Assembly: GCA_038204425.1 (NCBI GenBank) | Contig: JBBRCZ010000004.1 | Coordinates: forward strand, 64,001 to 128,000 | Direction of reading: 5' to 3' | DNA length: 64,000 bases | DNA from: Spirochaetia bacterium | GTDB lineage: Bacteria; Spirochaetota; Spirochaetia; DSM-27196; Salinispiraceae | Shown here: positions 28,236 through 37,070 of the stretch, piece after piece | How the letters are laid out: each line of letters begins with the position of its first letter | Position numbering within the stretch: the first letter of the stretch is position 1 | Position numbers and translations under genes: made by a program | The notes under the pieces: generated by a model | Database searches by the model: none | What the model saw: only the letters and a program-made list of their open reading frames with translations | Told to the model about the DNA's origin: nothing

Positions 28236-28380
28236 GCAGCCAGGCAGATGGCAAGGTTCATTTATCAAAAAAACAATCCACTTCAAAAAAACTTTAAAAA
28301 AAGTCCTTGACCAAACGCCCACCCTGTCCCATTGTGTCCACATAAATCACTTGCAATAAGAAGGGGGTGCATGAACATAG

Positions 28381-29556
28381 ATGAACATTGAACGCTACTA
28401 TGACAGGGATACCTGGGACCGAATTAAGAAATTTTCGGACACACAAGAAACACCATTTCTGGTGGTCGACCTTAAGAGCATTGAGATCAAGTACCGCGAA
28501 CTAGTTGCGGCTTTTCCTCGAGCAAAAATTTACTATGCTATCAAGGCAAATCCGTCACCGGAAGTTCTCAAGCTTTTGGCCGACTTGGGCTCCTGTTTTG
28601 ATGTTGCTTCCATCTATGAGCTGGATCGCATCCTCTCACTCGGTGTCACGCCGGACAGACTGTCTTATGGCAACACCATAAAAAAACGCAAAGATATTAA
28701 ATACTTTTACGACCATGGCGTTCGATTGTACGCAAGCGACTCGGACGCTGACTTGGCAAACATTGCCCAGAATGCGCCCGGAAGTAAAGTCTATATTAGA
28801 ATCCTAACTGAGGGCGACCAAACAGCTGATTGGCCCTTATCTCGCAAGTTCGGTTGTCAAACCGACATGGCCTTGGACTTGGTCAACATGGCTAAGCGGC
28901 TTTCTTTGCACCCAGTCGGTATTAGCTTCCACGTAGGTAGCCAACAACGAGATATTGGTGCTTGGGACGCAGCCATCGCCAAGGTAAACCAAATCTTTAA
29001 TCGACTTTGGGAAGAGGACCACATCAAGTTGAGCTTAATCAACATGGGTGGCGGTTTTCCTGCCCAGTACTTGGCAAAAGCACATGAGCTTGGCACTTAC
29101 GCCAGTGAAATCCATCGCTTTTTGAGCGAGGACTTTGGTGATGAAATTCCAGAGATAATTCTGGAGCCTGGTCGTTCTTTGGTGGCCGATGCGGGCTTAT
29201 TGGTAAGTGAACTGGTGCTCATAAGTCGCAAGAGCGTAAACGCCCTAAATCGTTGGATCTACACCGACATAGGTAAGTTTCAGGGCATGGTTGAGACCTT
29301 GGAAGAATCGATCAAATACCCACTGTTTACCGATCGCACGCTCCATAGTCCAGAAGACGGTGAGTGTGAAGAAGTAATCATTGCTGGGCCAACCTGCGAT
29401 AGTATGGACATCCTCTACGAAGACTTTAAATACAACCTGCCGATGAACCTCGCTATTGGCGACCGCCTCTATTGGTGTTCAACCGGTGCTTACACCACGT
29501 CCTACTCAAGTATCGAGTTTAATGGGTTTCCACCGCTAAAAGCCTACTATATTTGA
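28381..29556 (+). CDS. Ornithine/lysine decarboxylase, fold type III PLP enzyme
   Basis: YYAIKANP (PLP Lys), FDVAS, WPLSRKFG, SFHVGSQ, MGGGFP, EPGR, GPTCDSMD, GAYT..FNGF. Confidence 0.93.
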   Translation: MNIERYYDRDTWDRIKKFSDTQETPFLVVDLKSIEIKYRELVAAFPRAKIYYAIKANPSPEVLKLLADLGSCFDVASIYELDRILSLGVTPDRLSYGNTIKKRKDIKYFYDHGVRLYASDSDADLANIAQNAPGSKVYIRILTEGDQTADWPLSRKFGCQTDMALDLVNMAKRLSLHPVGISFHVGSQQRDIGAWDAAIAKVNQIFNRLWEEDHIKLSLINMGGGFPAQYLAKAHELGTYASEIHRFLSEDFGDEIPEIILEPGRSLVADAGLLVSELVLISRKSVNALNRWIYTDIGKFQGMVETLEESIKYPLFTDRTLHSPEDGECEEVIIAGPTCDSMDILYEDFKYNLPMNLAIGDRLYWCSTGAYTTSYSSIEFNGFPPLKAYYI

Positions 29557-29590
29557 GCCCAAGTTCCATCGCTCGCTGACGTCGGATTTC

Positions 29591-29620
29591 AAAAGCCCTA
29601 CACTTGTATGTAGGGCTTTT
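29591..29620. terminator. Bidirectional intrinsic terminator
   Basis: AAAAGCCCTACA-CTTGTA-TGTAGGGCTTTT between convergent genes. Confidence 0.85.
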
Positions 29621-29630
29621 ACAAGAAACG

Positions 29631-30668
29631 TTACTCCCACTTAAAGCTTAGAGTTGAGAGCAAAAAGAAGACCAGAGTGAGGCTTCCCAAAACGATGAGA
29701 TTGGGCAGGATTTCAACGATTCCTGCGCCTTGCAACATAACCGCACGTGCCGCTTCGATAAAATGGGTAAGTGGGAATATTCTAGACAAAGACTGCAGCA
29801 CTTGTGGTGTTCCATCGAGCGAAAAGAAGACTCCCGATCCAAGCAACATTGGCATGGTAACCAAGTTCATCAGACCGTTGGCAAGTTCTTCGCTCTTGAG
29901 TCTAGAAGCAAAAATTAGGCCCAGTGAAATCATACAAAGCCCGGCCATGACCGTCAGCAAAAGCAGGACCAAGTAGCTTCCTTTCATCATAAAGCCCAAA
30001 AAGAGATTGGTTGCCGTATAGACCAGCACCGAGGTTACCAGCACGATCATAAGCCGACTAATAGCGTGGGCGATAATAAAGGTGCTCGCTGTCACTGGTG
30101 TGGCCTTTAGACGCTTCAAGACACCGTTTTTTCGATAACGAACGATCACATAACCAACACCAAATAGGCAACTAAACATAATGTTCATGCCAATTACACC
30201 TGGAACCAGCCAATCAACATAGCGGATGGCTTCTCCAGAGCTGAGCTGAGGCTTGAGTCTTGCGAAGGTGTTTTTTTGATCTGAGCCTTCCAAAATCCTC
30301 TTTGCCAAAAGACTGGTTGGAGATTGGTCATTCACAAAATATGATCCAGTTTCAAAATCCAACACCAAGTCAAGTTGGTGTTGACTCAAACGGGCCAAGG
30401 CCTTTTCTCTTCCTTTTTTGGGACTGTCACTTGGATTGTCAGGGTAGGCGACGAAGCTGATGTGTTCGATACTTACAAAAGATATGTCACTCGGCACACT
30501 GCCCAAGGTTCCAACCTTAAAGACAGCCTGATTGTTACCGGAGAAAGCAAATGCAAAACCAAATACCAAGACGACCGGAAAGGCCAAGTTCCAAATAAAT
30601 GTTTCTTTGTCTCTCAAAAACTCCATCGTCCGGGCCTTAAAAAGCGCCCCAAAATGCTTAATGTTCAT
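29631..30668 (-). CDS. ABC-2 type exporter permease
   Basis: YVDWLVPGVIGM, LKRLKATP, SGVFF, PLTHFIEAAR; about six TM segments. Confidence 0.9.
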   Translation of the reverse strand: MNIKHFGALFKARTMEFLRDKETFIWNLAFPVVLVFGFAFAFSGNNQAVFKVGTLGSVPSDISFVSIEHISFVAYPDNPSDSPKKGREKALARLSQHQLDLVLDFETGSYFVNDQSPTSLLAKRILEGSDQKNTFARLKPQLSSGEAIRYVDWLVPGVIGMNIMFSCLFGVGYVIVRYRKNGVLKRLKATPVTASTFIIAHAISRLMIVLVTSVLVYTATNLFLGFMMKGSYLVLLLLTVMAGLCMISLGLIFASRLKSEELANGLMNLVTMPMLLGSGVFFSLDGTPQVLQSLSRIFPLTHFIEAARAVMLQGAGIVEILPNLIVLGSLTLVFFLLSTLSFKWE

Positions 30669-30700
30669 AGTAGTTCCTTATTTCTCAGTACAGCCATCGT

Positions 30701-31627
30701 TCAAGTCCGCAAAGAGCTTCCCGTCAACTTGATAAAGAGGTCTTCTAGGTCAGGTTTATGCACCGACAGACCCTCGAGATTAACGCCGCTGGCCAATAGC
30801 TTGTTAATCGTATGTTCGAGTTGATAAGAAAGAATATCCCAGGTATCTGCCTTTTCCACCAAACTGTCGGCGCCACTAGTGTTGGTCGAAGTGGATTCAG
30901 CAGAGATTATTTTGCTGACCGCTTGGGTTTGAGGCACTTTGGGCAAGCGTAGAATAACACCGCCAAAGTGACGTGTAAGCAATTGGCTTGGCGTATCTTG
31001 TTCAATTATTTTACCGTGGTCCATAATAGCGATCTGGTCACACAAGAGCTGTGCCTCGTCCATGTAGTGAGTGGTCAAAATTATGGTTGCATTCTCGGCT
31101 TTAATCCTGCCAATTAACTCCCAGAAGTGGCGCCGGGCTTGCGGATCGAGACCGGTGGTTGGCTCATCTAAGAAGACAAGGTCTGGATGGGGGATAATCG
31201 CCAAAGCGAGCAGCATGCGCTGTTTTTGTCCGCCAGAAAGCTTGCGGTTGTCACGCTCAAGAATATCCGAGAGTGAGCACAGTTCAATCAGTTCATCCAT
31301 AGAGCGGGGGTTATCATAGAAAGCTCTAAACATCTCTATGGTTTCCCTTACCGTTATAAACTCTGGTAGAGAAGTTGATTGAAACTGAATGCCGACTTTC
31401 TGCCGAAAGTGTTTGTCGATCGGCTGTCCTCTAAACAAAATCCGACCGTTGCTTGGCCGAATAATACCTTCCATCATTTCTATAGTGGTAGTCTTTCCAG
31501 CGCCGTTTGGCCCCAGAAGGCCAAAACAGATGCCTTCTTTAATGCCAAAACTAACACCTTTGACGGCTTCCACCTCGCCATAGCGTTTGCTCAACGCTTC
31601 TACTTGTATAATTTCGCTCATTGGCAC
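30701..31627 (-). CDS. ABC exporter ATP-binding protein
   Basis: Walker A GPNGAGKT, signature LSGGQ, Walker B FLDEP, TTHYMDEA, LEDLF. Confidence 0.95.
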   Translation of the reverse strand: MPMSEIIQVEALSKRYGEVEAVKGVSFGIKEGICFGLLGPNGAGKTTTIEMMEGIIRPSNGRILFRGQPIDKHFRQKVGIQFQSTSLPEFITVRETIEMFRAFYDNPRSMDELIELCSLSDILERDNRKLSGGQKQRMLLALAIIPHPDLVFLDEPTTGLDPQARRHFWELIGRIKAENATIILTTHYMDEAQLLCDQIAIMDHGKIIEQDTPSQLLTRHFGGVILRLPKVPQTQAVSKIISAESTSTNTSGADSLVEKADTWDILSYQLEHTINKLLASGVNLEGLSVHKPDLEDLFIKLTGSSLRT

Positions 31628-31663
31628 AAGGTAGCCAGGCTACGATTAAAACACAAGGGTCAT

Positions 31664-32545
31664 TTACTCTTTTTTCTCTTCTGCTGCCTCTAATTTAGTT
31701 ATGTCTGCAACCAATATATTCTTAAGCGCGTCACGAAGTTCTTCTTGGTTGGAGGCAGTTACCAAACGCGCGCCCTGCTTTTCTATACTCGCAAAAGTTT
31801 CAGACTCAATATCAAAGCCTACAAAACTCACCAGCGTACCTCTGGTGTAGACCGGGTATTCATGATTAGACTTGTCGTTTCTGTTGTTGCTGAGTGCAAA
31901 AAGCGCGTCTTCCGGCAAAACCCCTTCGGTGTTCTCGCCGTCTGAGATCACTATCAAGCTCTTAAGGATGGTCCCCGACTGCGCAAGAATTTCTGTGCCT
32001 TTTTCGATCGCCAAACCAATTGCTGTCCGACCGCCCGGTTCAAGATTTTTTGGGTTAGAAACTGCCCGTCTAAGCGCCGAGAAACCTTTGCCCCTGATGG
32101 ATGCCAAGGCACTGATAATGCGTACTTCACTGTCAAATCCAATTACCGCTACGTTAAGTTTAAACTCTTTGAAATCCTTGTCTCTGGAGAGTGTTTCCAA
32201 AAAGTCTACAATTTGCGTCAAGGCACGTGAAGCAACGATATACTTGGCTAGGGCTCCCCCAGAAGCAGGAACATCGATCATTGAACCACTAACGTCAATA
32301 GCAATCACGACGGATAGACCAAGGTCGTCTATCGAATTAAGCCCAGGGTTAAATGATTCGTCAAATTCAAGAATGTAGCCTTTGCCTTTGAACGGTCTAG
32401 TGTCCTCTACAATCGTGCTGGTAGTCGTTGTGACTTTAGTACTGTCACGCTCAGAACTTGGGTCAAACCAAAAATTATATAAACCAAGACCAATGATGAC
32501 TACAAAGGCGGCTATCACCAAGCGACTGTTCTTCTTACCTGCCAT
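31664..32545 (-). CDS. Membrane-anchored von Willebrand factor A (vWA) domain protein
   Basis: N-terminal TM helix and complete MIDAS: DVSGS, GRTAIG, ISDGE. Confidence 0.85.
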   Translation of the reverse strand: MAGKKNSRLVIAAFVVIIGLGLYNFWFDPSSERDSTKVTTTTSTIVEDTRPFKGKGYILEFDESFNPGLNSIDDLGLSVVIAIDVSGSMIDVPASGGALAKYIVASRALTQIVDFLETLSRDKDFKEFKLNVAVIGFDSEVRIISALASIRGKGFSALRRAVSNPKNLEPGGRTAIGLAIEKGTEILAQSGTILKSLIVISDGENTEGVLPEDALFALSNNRNDKSNHEYPVYTRGTLVSFVGFDIESETFASIEKQGARLVTASNQEELRDALKNILVADITKLEAAEEKKE

Positions 32546-32634
32546 AATCCTTCTTCTCCTTCTGACCAAAACAAAACCCGCCAATTAAGAGGTTCTTGCA
32601 AAAAGACTATTGAAATTGAGTCCTTAGAATAAAT

Positions 32635-34299
32635 CTATTCAAAGGACAGAAATCGTACCTCTACGCGGCGGCTGCGGGCTGCATCACCGCTGGAGGCTGG
32701 TTGATCCCAGCCTTTTCCCTCAGTAATCAATCGTTCTGGGTCAGCGCCATACTGTTCAACGAGAACCTTCTTTACAAACTCGGCCCGACGTTTTGATATC
32801 AGCTTGGCTTGAGAACTTGCCTCATTAAAAGCTTGCATGCCTTGCGAGCGAAACTCTTCAACTTTAGATGTGTCCAAGTGACCAACCAATTTGACCAAAG
32901 TAGTTCCAAGAATTTGCATTTGCTCAATAATACTCGCTAGCAGCTCTTTGTTCTTCACCATCTCTGGTCTCTTGGAACTCAAGTCAAAATCAATCTTTTG
33001 AGCATCAAAATAAAGTTCAAAGTCGCCGGTAAGCACTACCCTTTGGCTTTCCAAGTCGGCTATGTCAAAAGCAGCCTGTTTATTAAAACTATTGAGAACT
33101 CTATTGGGTTGTGCCTTATAAACCTTGTTGCTTTCTAGTTGCTCAAGAAACTTTGTCAGCAGGACTGACTCTGGTTCGTACGAGGCATCCGCAGCAAGGG
33201 AACCTACGGCCTTATAATACTCCTGCGCCAGATAAAAAATCTTGGACGCATTGATAGGGTTCTCTATATCAAAGAACATGCGACTTTCAGTGTAGTTAGG
33301 AAGATGTACATTTGAGACCAAGGACCGTGCTTCGGCGATACCGGAGAGACCAAAAAACGAGTTAACCAATCGAAGAGCTGGTTCGGGATTTTTTGTGAAC
33401 TGGCTCTCCGCCTCTATCATACACTCCACAAAACTGGCTAAAAGCGGTCCTTGTTCGCGCGCTAAATCAAGTCGGGTAAAGTAAACATCGGCAATCAACT
33501 GGTTTGCATCCCGGCTATTAATCAATACGCGACTTCCTTCTTGATAATAAGGTGAAGCAGGATTGAGCACATCGGCCAGAAATGGTTCCCAGGTAACCCA
33601 GGCATCGATAGTCTTATCATCTCTAAATACCTCGGCTGCGGCTGGACCATCACCAACATACATCATCTGCACTTCTGAGGTCTTGATATCACTTTGCGCA
33701 AGCAACCACAATAAAAAGAAATTAAAGGGCGTATTGCCACTAGTAAGAATCTTTTTGCCCTTTAGATCCTTGGGGGACCTTATATTCTTGCGAACCAAAA
33801 TGCCATCGCCACCATTGGACCAATCAAAGAGACCAATAACTTGAGGAATCAAACGCTTGTCGGCCTTGAGAGCGTCGTAGAGCAAGGGCATGCTGTCCAT
33901 TGAAGACCACAATAGGTGGTATTTGCCGGCCGCGTAACCATCCAATTGAGCTTTTGCACCTTCTACTTTTACAAGCTCAACAGCAAATTTACCTTTTTTG
34001 TAGAACAAGGAGTCTTTGTTTGGCTTTGCGCCACCATTAGCAAGAAGCAAGGCCGCATATCCGCCCCATGTATCAAGTGGAATTCTAAAAACAGGAACAG
34101 GACCACTTCCAAAATCAGTACTACCCAGAACATAGCCACTCGCGGGCCCAACCGTTAAGGGAACAGGCTTTACAGCTTCCGCAGTTACCCCGGGCGTCTT
34201 AGTGGTCTGCTCGGCCTTGTCTGACATAAATCTAAACAGCAAGCCACCGCCTACTATAAGTAGCAATATTACAATACCGATAACGATTGATTTTTTCAT
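32635..34299 (-). CDS. NMT1/SsuA-like substrate-binding domain fused to a C-terminal OmpA-like domain
   Basis: N-terminal TM anchor. TWGGYA, DWSNGGDGI, KDLKGKKI, TWEPF, IADV (SBP). VGHLD, SKRRAEFVK, GKGW..P, RRVEV (OmpA_C). Confidence 0.82.
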   Translation of the reverse strand: MKKSIVIGIVILLLIVGGGLLFRFMSDKAEQTTKTPGVTAEAVKPVPLTVGPASGYVLGSTDFGSGPVPVFRIPLDTWGGYAALLLANGGAKPNKDSLFYKKGKFAVELVKVEGAKAQLDGYAAGKYHLLWSSMDSMPLLYDALKADKRLIPQVIGLFDWSNGGDGILVRKNIRSPKDLKGKKILTSGNTPFNFFLLWLLAQSDIKTSEVQMMYVGDGPAAAEVFRDDKTIDAWVTWEPFLADVLNPASPYYQEGSRVLINSRDANQLIADVYFTRLDLAREQGPLLASFVECMIEAESQFTKNPEPALRLVNSFFGLSGIAEARSLVSNVHLPNYTESRMFFDIENPINASKIFYLAQEYYKAVGSLAADASYEPESVLLTKFLEQLESNKVYKAQPNRVLNSFNKQAAFDIADLESQRVVLTGDFELYFDAQKIDFDLSSKRPEMVKNKELLASIIEQMQILGTTLVKLVGHLDTSKVEEFRSQGMQAFNEASSQAKLISKRRAEFVKKVLVEQYGADPERLITEGKGWDQPASSGDAARSRRVEVRFLSFE

Positions 34300-34372
34300 G
34301 TTCCCTACCCCAACCTTTTTATAGGCCCAAGTCATTCTTCCGTCAAGTACGTGCCCTTAGGATTGGACTAAT

Positions 34373-34403
34373 AAAAAAAGCTGCCTGAACAATCAGACAG
34401 CTT
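34373..34403 (-). terminator. Intrinsic terminator after tRNA-Leu
   Basis: Minus strand AAGCTGTCTGA-TTGT-TCAGGCAGCTT followed by a T run. Confidence 0.75.
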
Positions 34404-34405
34404 CT

Positions 34406-34489
34406 TGCCGGCGGTGAGACTCGAACTCACACACTATTACTAGCGACAGATTTTGAGTCTGTTGCGTCTACCAATTTCGCCACGCCGGC
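34406..34489 (-). tRNA. tRNA-Leu(CAA)
   Basis: GCCGGCG acceptor stem, D loop TGGTAGAC, anticodon arm ACAGA-CTCAAAA-TCTGT, long variable arm, GTTCGAG T loop. CCA not encoded. Confidence 0.96.
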
Positions 34490-34538
34490 ATAAACAGTGC
34501 TAAGCTAAGCTTGGCACTGTAAAAAATCCATATAAATC

Positions 34539-34931
34539 TTAGCGCTTGGAGAACTGGAACTTCCTGCGTGCACCAGGCTGTCCGTATTTCTTGCGTTCCA
34601 CCATGCGTGGGTCTCGAGTCATAAAACCATTGGCGCGCAATACTTTGGCGTTGGTTTCATCGAGCGCAGCAAGCGCACGAGAAATGCCGTGTCTAATTGC
34701 TTGGCATTGACCGTTCTTGCCGCCACCATAGACGTTGATTACTATATCGTATTTTCCGAGGCTATCAGTAACATCAAGCGCTTGGTTAACAATAAACATC
34801 ATGTCTTTATTCATAAAATAATCTTCTGCAGACTTCTCATTGACAGTTATACTGCCTTTTCCTTGACGCATATAAACACGTGCAACTGAGGTCTTTCTTC
34901 TTCCGGTTCCTAAACTTAAATTCTTAAGCAC
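34539..34931 (-). CDS. rpsI: 30S ribosomal protein S9
   Basis: GTGRRKTSVARV, GGGKNGQ, TRDPRMVERKKYG, QFSKR. Confidence 0.98.
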   Translation of the reverse strand: MLKNLSLGTGRRKTSVARVYMRQGKGSITVNEKSAEDYFMNKDMMFIVNQALDVTDSLGKYDIVINVYGGGKNGQCQAIRHGISRALAALDETNAKVLRANGFMTRDPRMVERKKYGQPGARRKFQFSKR

Positions 34932-34950
34932 TTCCTATGTCTCCTGTAAC

Positions 34951-35385
34951 TCAAAGCTCAAGCGGAATTGGTTGCTGGGCCACGTGTGGGTGGTCAGTTC
35001 CAGCATACACTTTCATGTTGGTAAAAAGCTTACGGCCCAATCGCGTCTTGGGAAGCATGCCCTTTATTGCCTGCTCAAGTGGATATGCAGGACGACGATC
35101 CAACATCTTTTTAAGTGTAAAACTGCGCAAACCACCTGGATAGCGGCTGTGATAGTAATACAATTTGTCATCCATTTTTCTTCCACTCACCGAGAACTTC
35201 TCTGCGTTGATTACGATTACGTAATCACCACATTCCTGATGAGGCGCATAAAAAGGCTTATGCTTTCCACGAAGAATATTGGCTACCTTAACGGCAATGT
35301 GTCCAAGATTCTTTCCCTCGGCATCAATAATGTACCATTTTCGATCGAGTTGATCGTTCTTCAAAAATATAGTCTTCATATTCAT
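34951..35385 (-). CDS. rplM: 50S ribosomal protein L13
   Basis: WYIIDAEG, LRGKHKP, GDYVIVINA, HSRYPGGL, GMLPK, HPHVAQQP. Confidence 0.98.
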   Translation of the reverse strand: MNMKTIFLKNDQLDRKWYIIDAEGKNLGHIAVKVANILRGKHKPFYAPHQECGDYVIVINAEKFSVSGRKMDDKLYYYHSRYPGGLRSFTLKKMLDRRPAYPLEQAIKGMLPKTRLGRKLFTNMKVYAGTDHPHVAQQPIPLEL

Positions 35386-35519
35386 CTACCCTTCTCTACC
35401 TGCAAGGAGATCAAGCATTTTCATCTGGTTTTGACACCGGGCCTTTGTTTGTACGGGTTAGGAAAAGGACCAGTGTCGCTCAAGATATCTGCAACGTGAG
35501 CATTACGTCGCTAAGATCT

Positions 35520-35768
35520 TTATTTGGTTTCTGCTTGCTTATCTGCCTGTTTTGCTTCTTCTGTTTCTTCTTTCTTGGCTTCAATGCGGTCTTTTATATC
35601 GGCAATTCCGATAAAAATCGCAATAAGGCCAACAAACCCTGCCAAGACGGGTGCGCCACCTTTCAAAAACTCAAGAACCGACTGTCCCCATTGCAACAAT
35701 CCCGGTACCGGAATAACCGCAATTACGGCAAAAGCAATGAAAATCAATCCAACTATCAGAGCAACCAT
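35520..35768 (-). CDS. Small membrane protein, two TM helices and charged tail
   Basis: GGAGG RBS; MVALIVGL...FLKG..PV...IGIADIKDRIEAKKEE. Confidence 0.75.
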   Translation of the reverse strand: MVALIVGLIFIAFAVIAVIPVPGLLQWGQSVLEFLKGGAPVLAGFVGLIAIFIGIADIKDRIEAKKEETEEAKQADKQAETK

Positions 35769-35845
35769 CGCATCCTCCAAGTGAGGGGTGCATAGTATCA
35801 TGCTTTTTTTTGTGTGACAACTATCTTGGCCAAGACTAAGGAAAA

Positions 35846-36136
35846 CTAATCTCGTCTCTTTATCATTACTAGACTAGCAATTATGTAAAAGACCAAGGGA
35901 ACATTGGTTAAGATCGCCCTTAGTAGCTCCGCAGCAACAGGATCATCTAGTTGGACGCGAGCGATGCCAAACACTTCAAGTGCCTGAAAGACCAAGGCTC
36001 CGTAGTGTATGATGATGCCGATAATGACCAACATCCAGGCGATATCTCTGGTTCTTGGCCACAACATAATAGCAAAGAATGTGGCGAGCGCTCCTGTTGA
36101 CAAGCTAATGGTCATCGCAACAATACCTTCAGGCAT
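35846..36136 (-). CDS. Small hypothetical membrane protein (about 3 TM)
   Basis: GAGGAG RBS; FAIMLWPRTRDIAWMLVIIG. Confidence 0.7.
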   Translation of the reverse strand: MPEGIVAMTISLSTGALATFFAIMLWPRTRDIAWMLVIIGIIIHYGALVFQALEVFGIARVQLDDPVAAELLRAILTNVPLVFYIIASLVMIKRRD

Positions 36137-37070
36137 CGATTGTCTCCTCGTTTTTTTGGGCAAGAACCTTTTCTAGCAGTGCTTTTTCTCCGTGACTCAT
36201 TATGCCTGGCAGTATCGACAGGCCCCGACAAGTAGGGTTCAACAAAATGCCGTGACTCAGCGCACGACTGAACACCTTTTTATAGTCGACATTTTTATAA
36301 CTATGCATGAGGTAGGGCCCAAGACGATGCCAAGGCTCTTCAAGCTTTAACTGCGACCAGTCTGACTCTTGCCACGAGCCAACTCGGCGTCTGAGACTGC
36401 TTTGATAACGGACTTCTGCTGGGCTTGGTTCTTTAGCTTCTTTGACAACAAATGCATTAAGTGACTTTAGTGCAAGAAAACTCTTTAAGGCTATCCCGAG
36501 GGTAAAGAAAGGCACCAAGCGCGCCTCATGTTGGATGAGACTGTCAAAACTGATCTTTTTGTTACCAAGCAAGGCAAGACATCGTTTGCCTTCTTTATTT
36601 AGCAAGAGAAAAAATGGTCCTTGGACGCTTAACCCCGGCAAACAGAGTATCTTGTCCGTGGCTGCCAAATGGTTGGACAAAAATGGCAGACAAACCTCGA
36701 GTTCAGCATCGCTCGACTTGGCAAGGAATGTTTCAATAAAATGACTTAAGCGGTATCTATCGACAAACATCAAAACTCTATAGTCACTAAACTGTTTTGC
36801 AAGTGACGTCAGCATTTGCTGATGCAAGACATGTGGCAAATTATTCACAAAGCCATGGGCGAGACGATTGGCAACCGATTCTTTGGACCCTGGTAGCGAA
36901 TATCCCAAAAGCTGCCTGCCATCGCCGCGGTAGAGATCAAGGATTCGTTTGGCTTTTACATCGTAAAGATGATAGTCACGCGCTCGTCTAATGAAGGGGA
37001 TCGTCGCAAAATTTTCTAGATCGTCAAGACTATAGTCAGGCAAGACCTGATAGACATGGATTTTTTTCAT
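36129..37070 (-). CDS. Hypothetical protein with a class III aminotransferase-like N-terminus
   Basis: IRRARDYHLYD...ILDLY..DGRQLLGY resembles the N-terminal strands of class III PLP enzymes. Overlaps both neighbours. Confidence 0.55.
   Translation of the reverse strand: MKKIHVYQVLPDYSLDDLENFATIPFIRRARDYHLYDVKAKRILDLYRGDGRQLLGYSLPGSKESVANRLAHGFVNNLPHVLHQQMLTSLAKQFSDYRVLMFVDRYRLSHFIETFLAKSSDAELEVCLPFLSNHLAATDKILCLPGLSVQGPFFLLLNKEGKRCLALLGNKKISFDSLIQHEARLVPFFTLGIALKSFLALKSLNAFVVKEAKEPSPAEVRYQSSLRRRVGSWQESDWSQLKLEEPWHRLGPYLMHSYKNVDYKKVFSRALSHGILLNPTCRGLSILPGIMSHGEKALLEKVLAQKNEETIDA

Noticed and set aside
28248..28310. 20-codon ORF upstream of the decarboxylase as a SpeFL-like leader
   Set aside because: No RBS; it is made of A-tracts that look more like promoter-upstream DNA, and it has no resemblance to SpeFL.
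26832..34489. Genomic island integrated at tRNA-Leu
   Set aside because: No integrase and no duplicated tRNA 3' end seen by eye; the tRNA terminator is intact.
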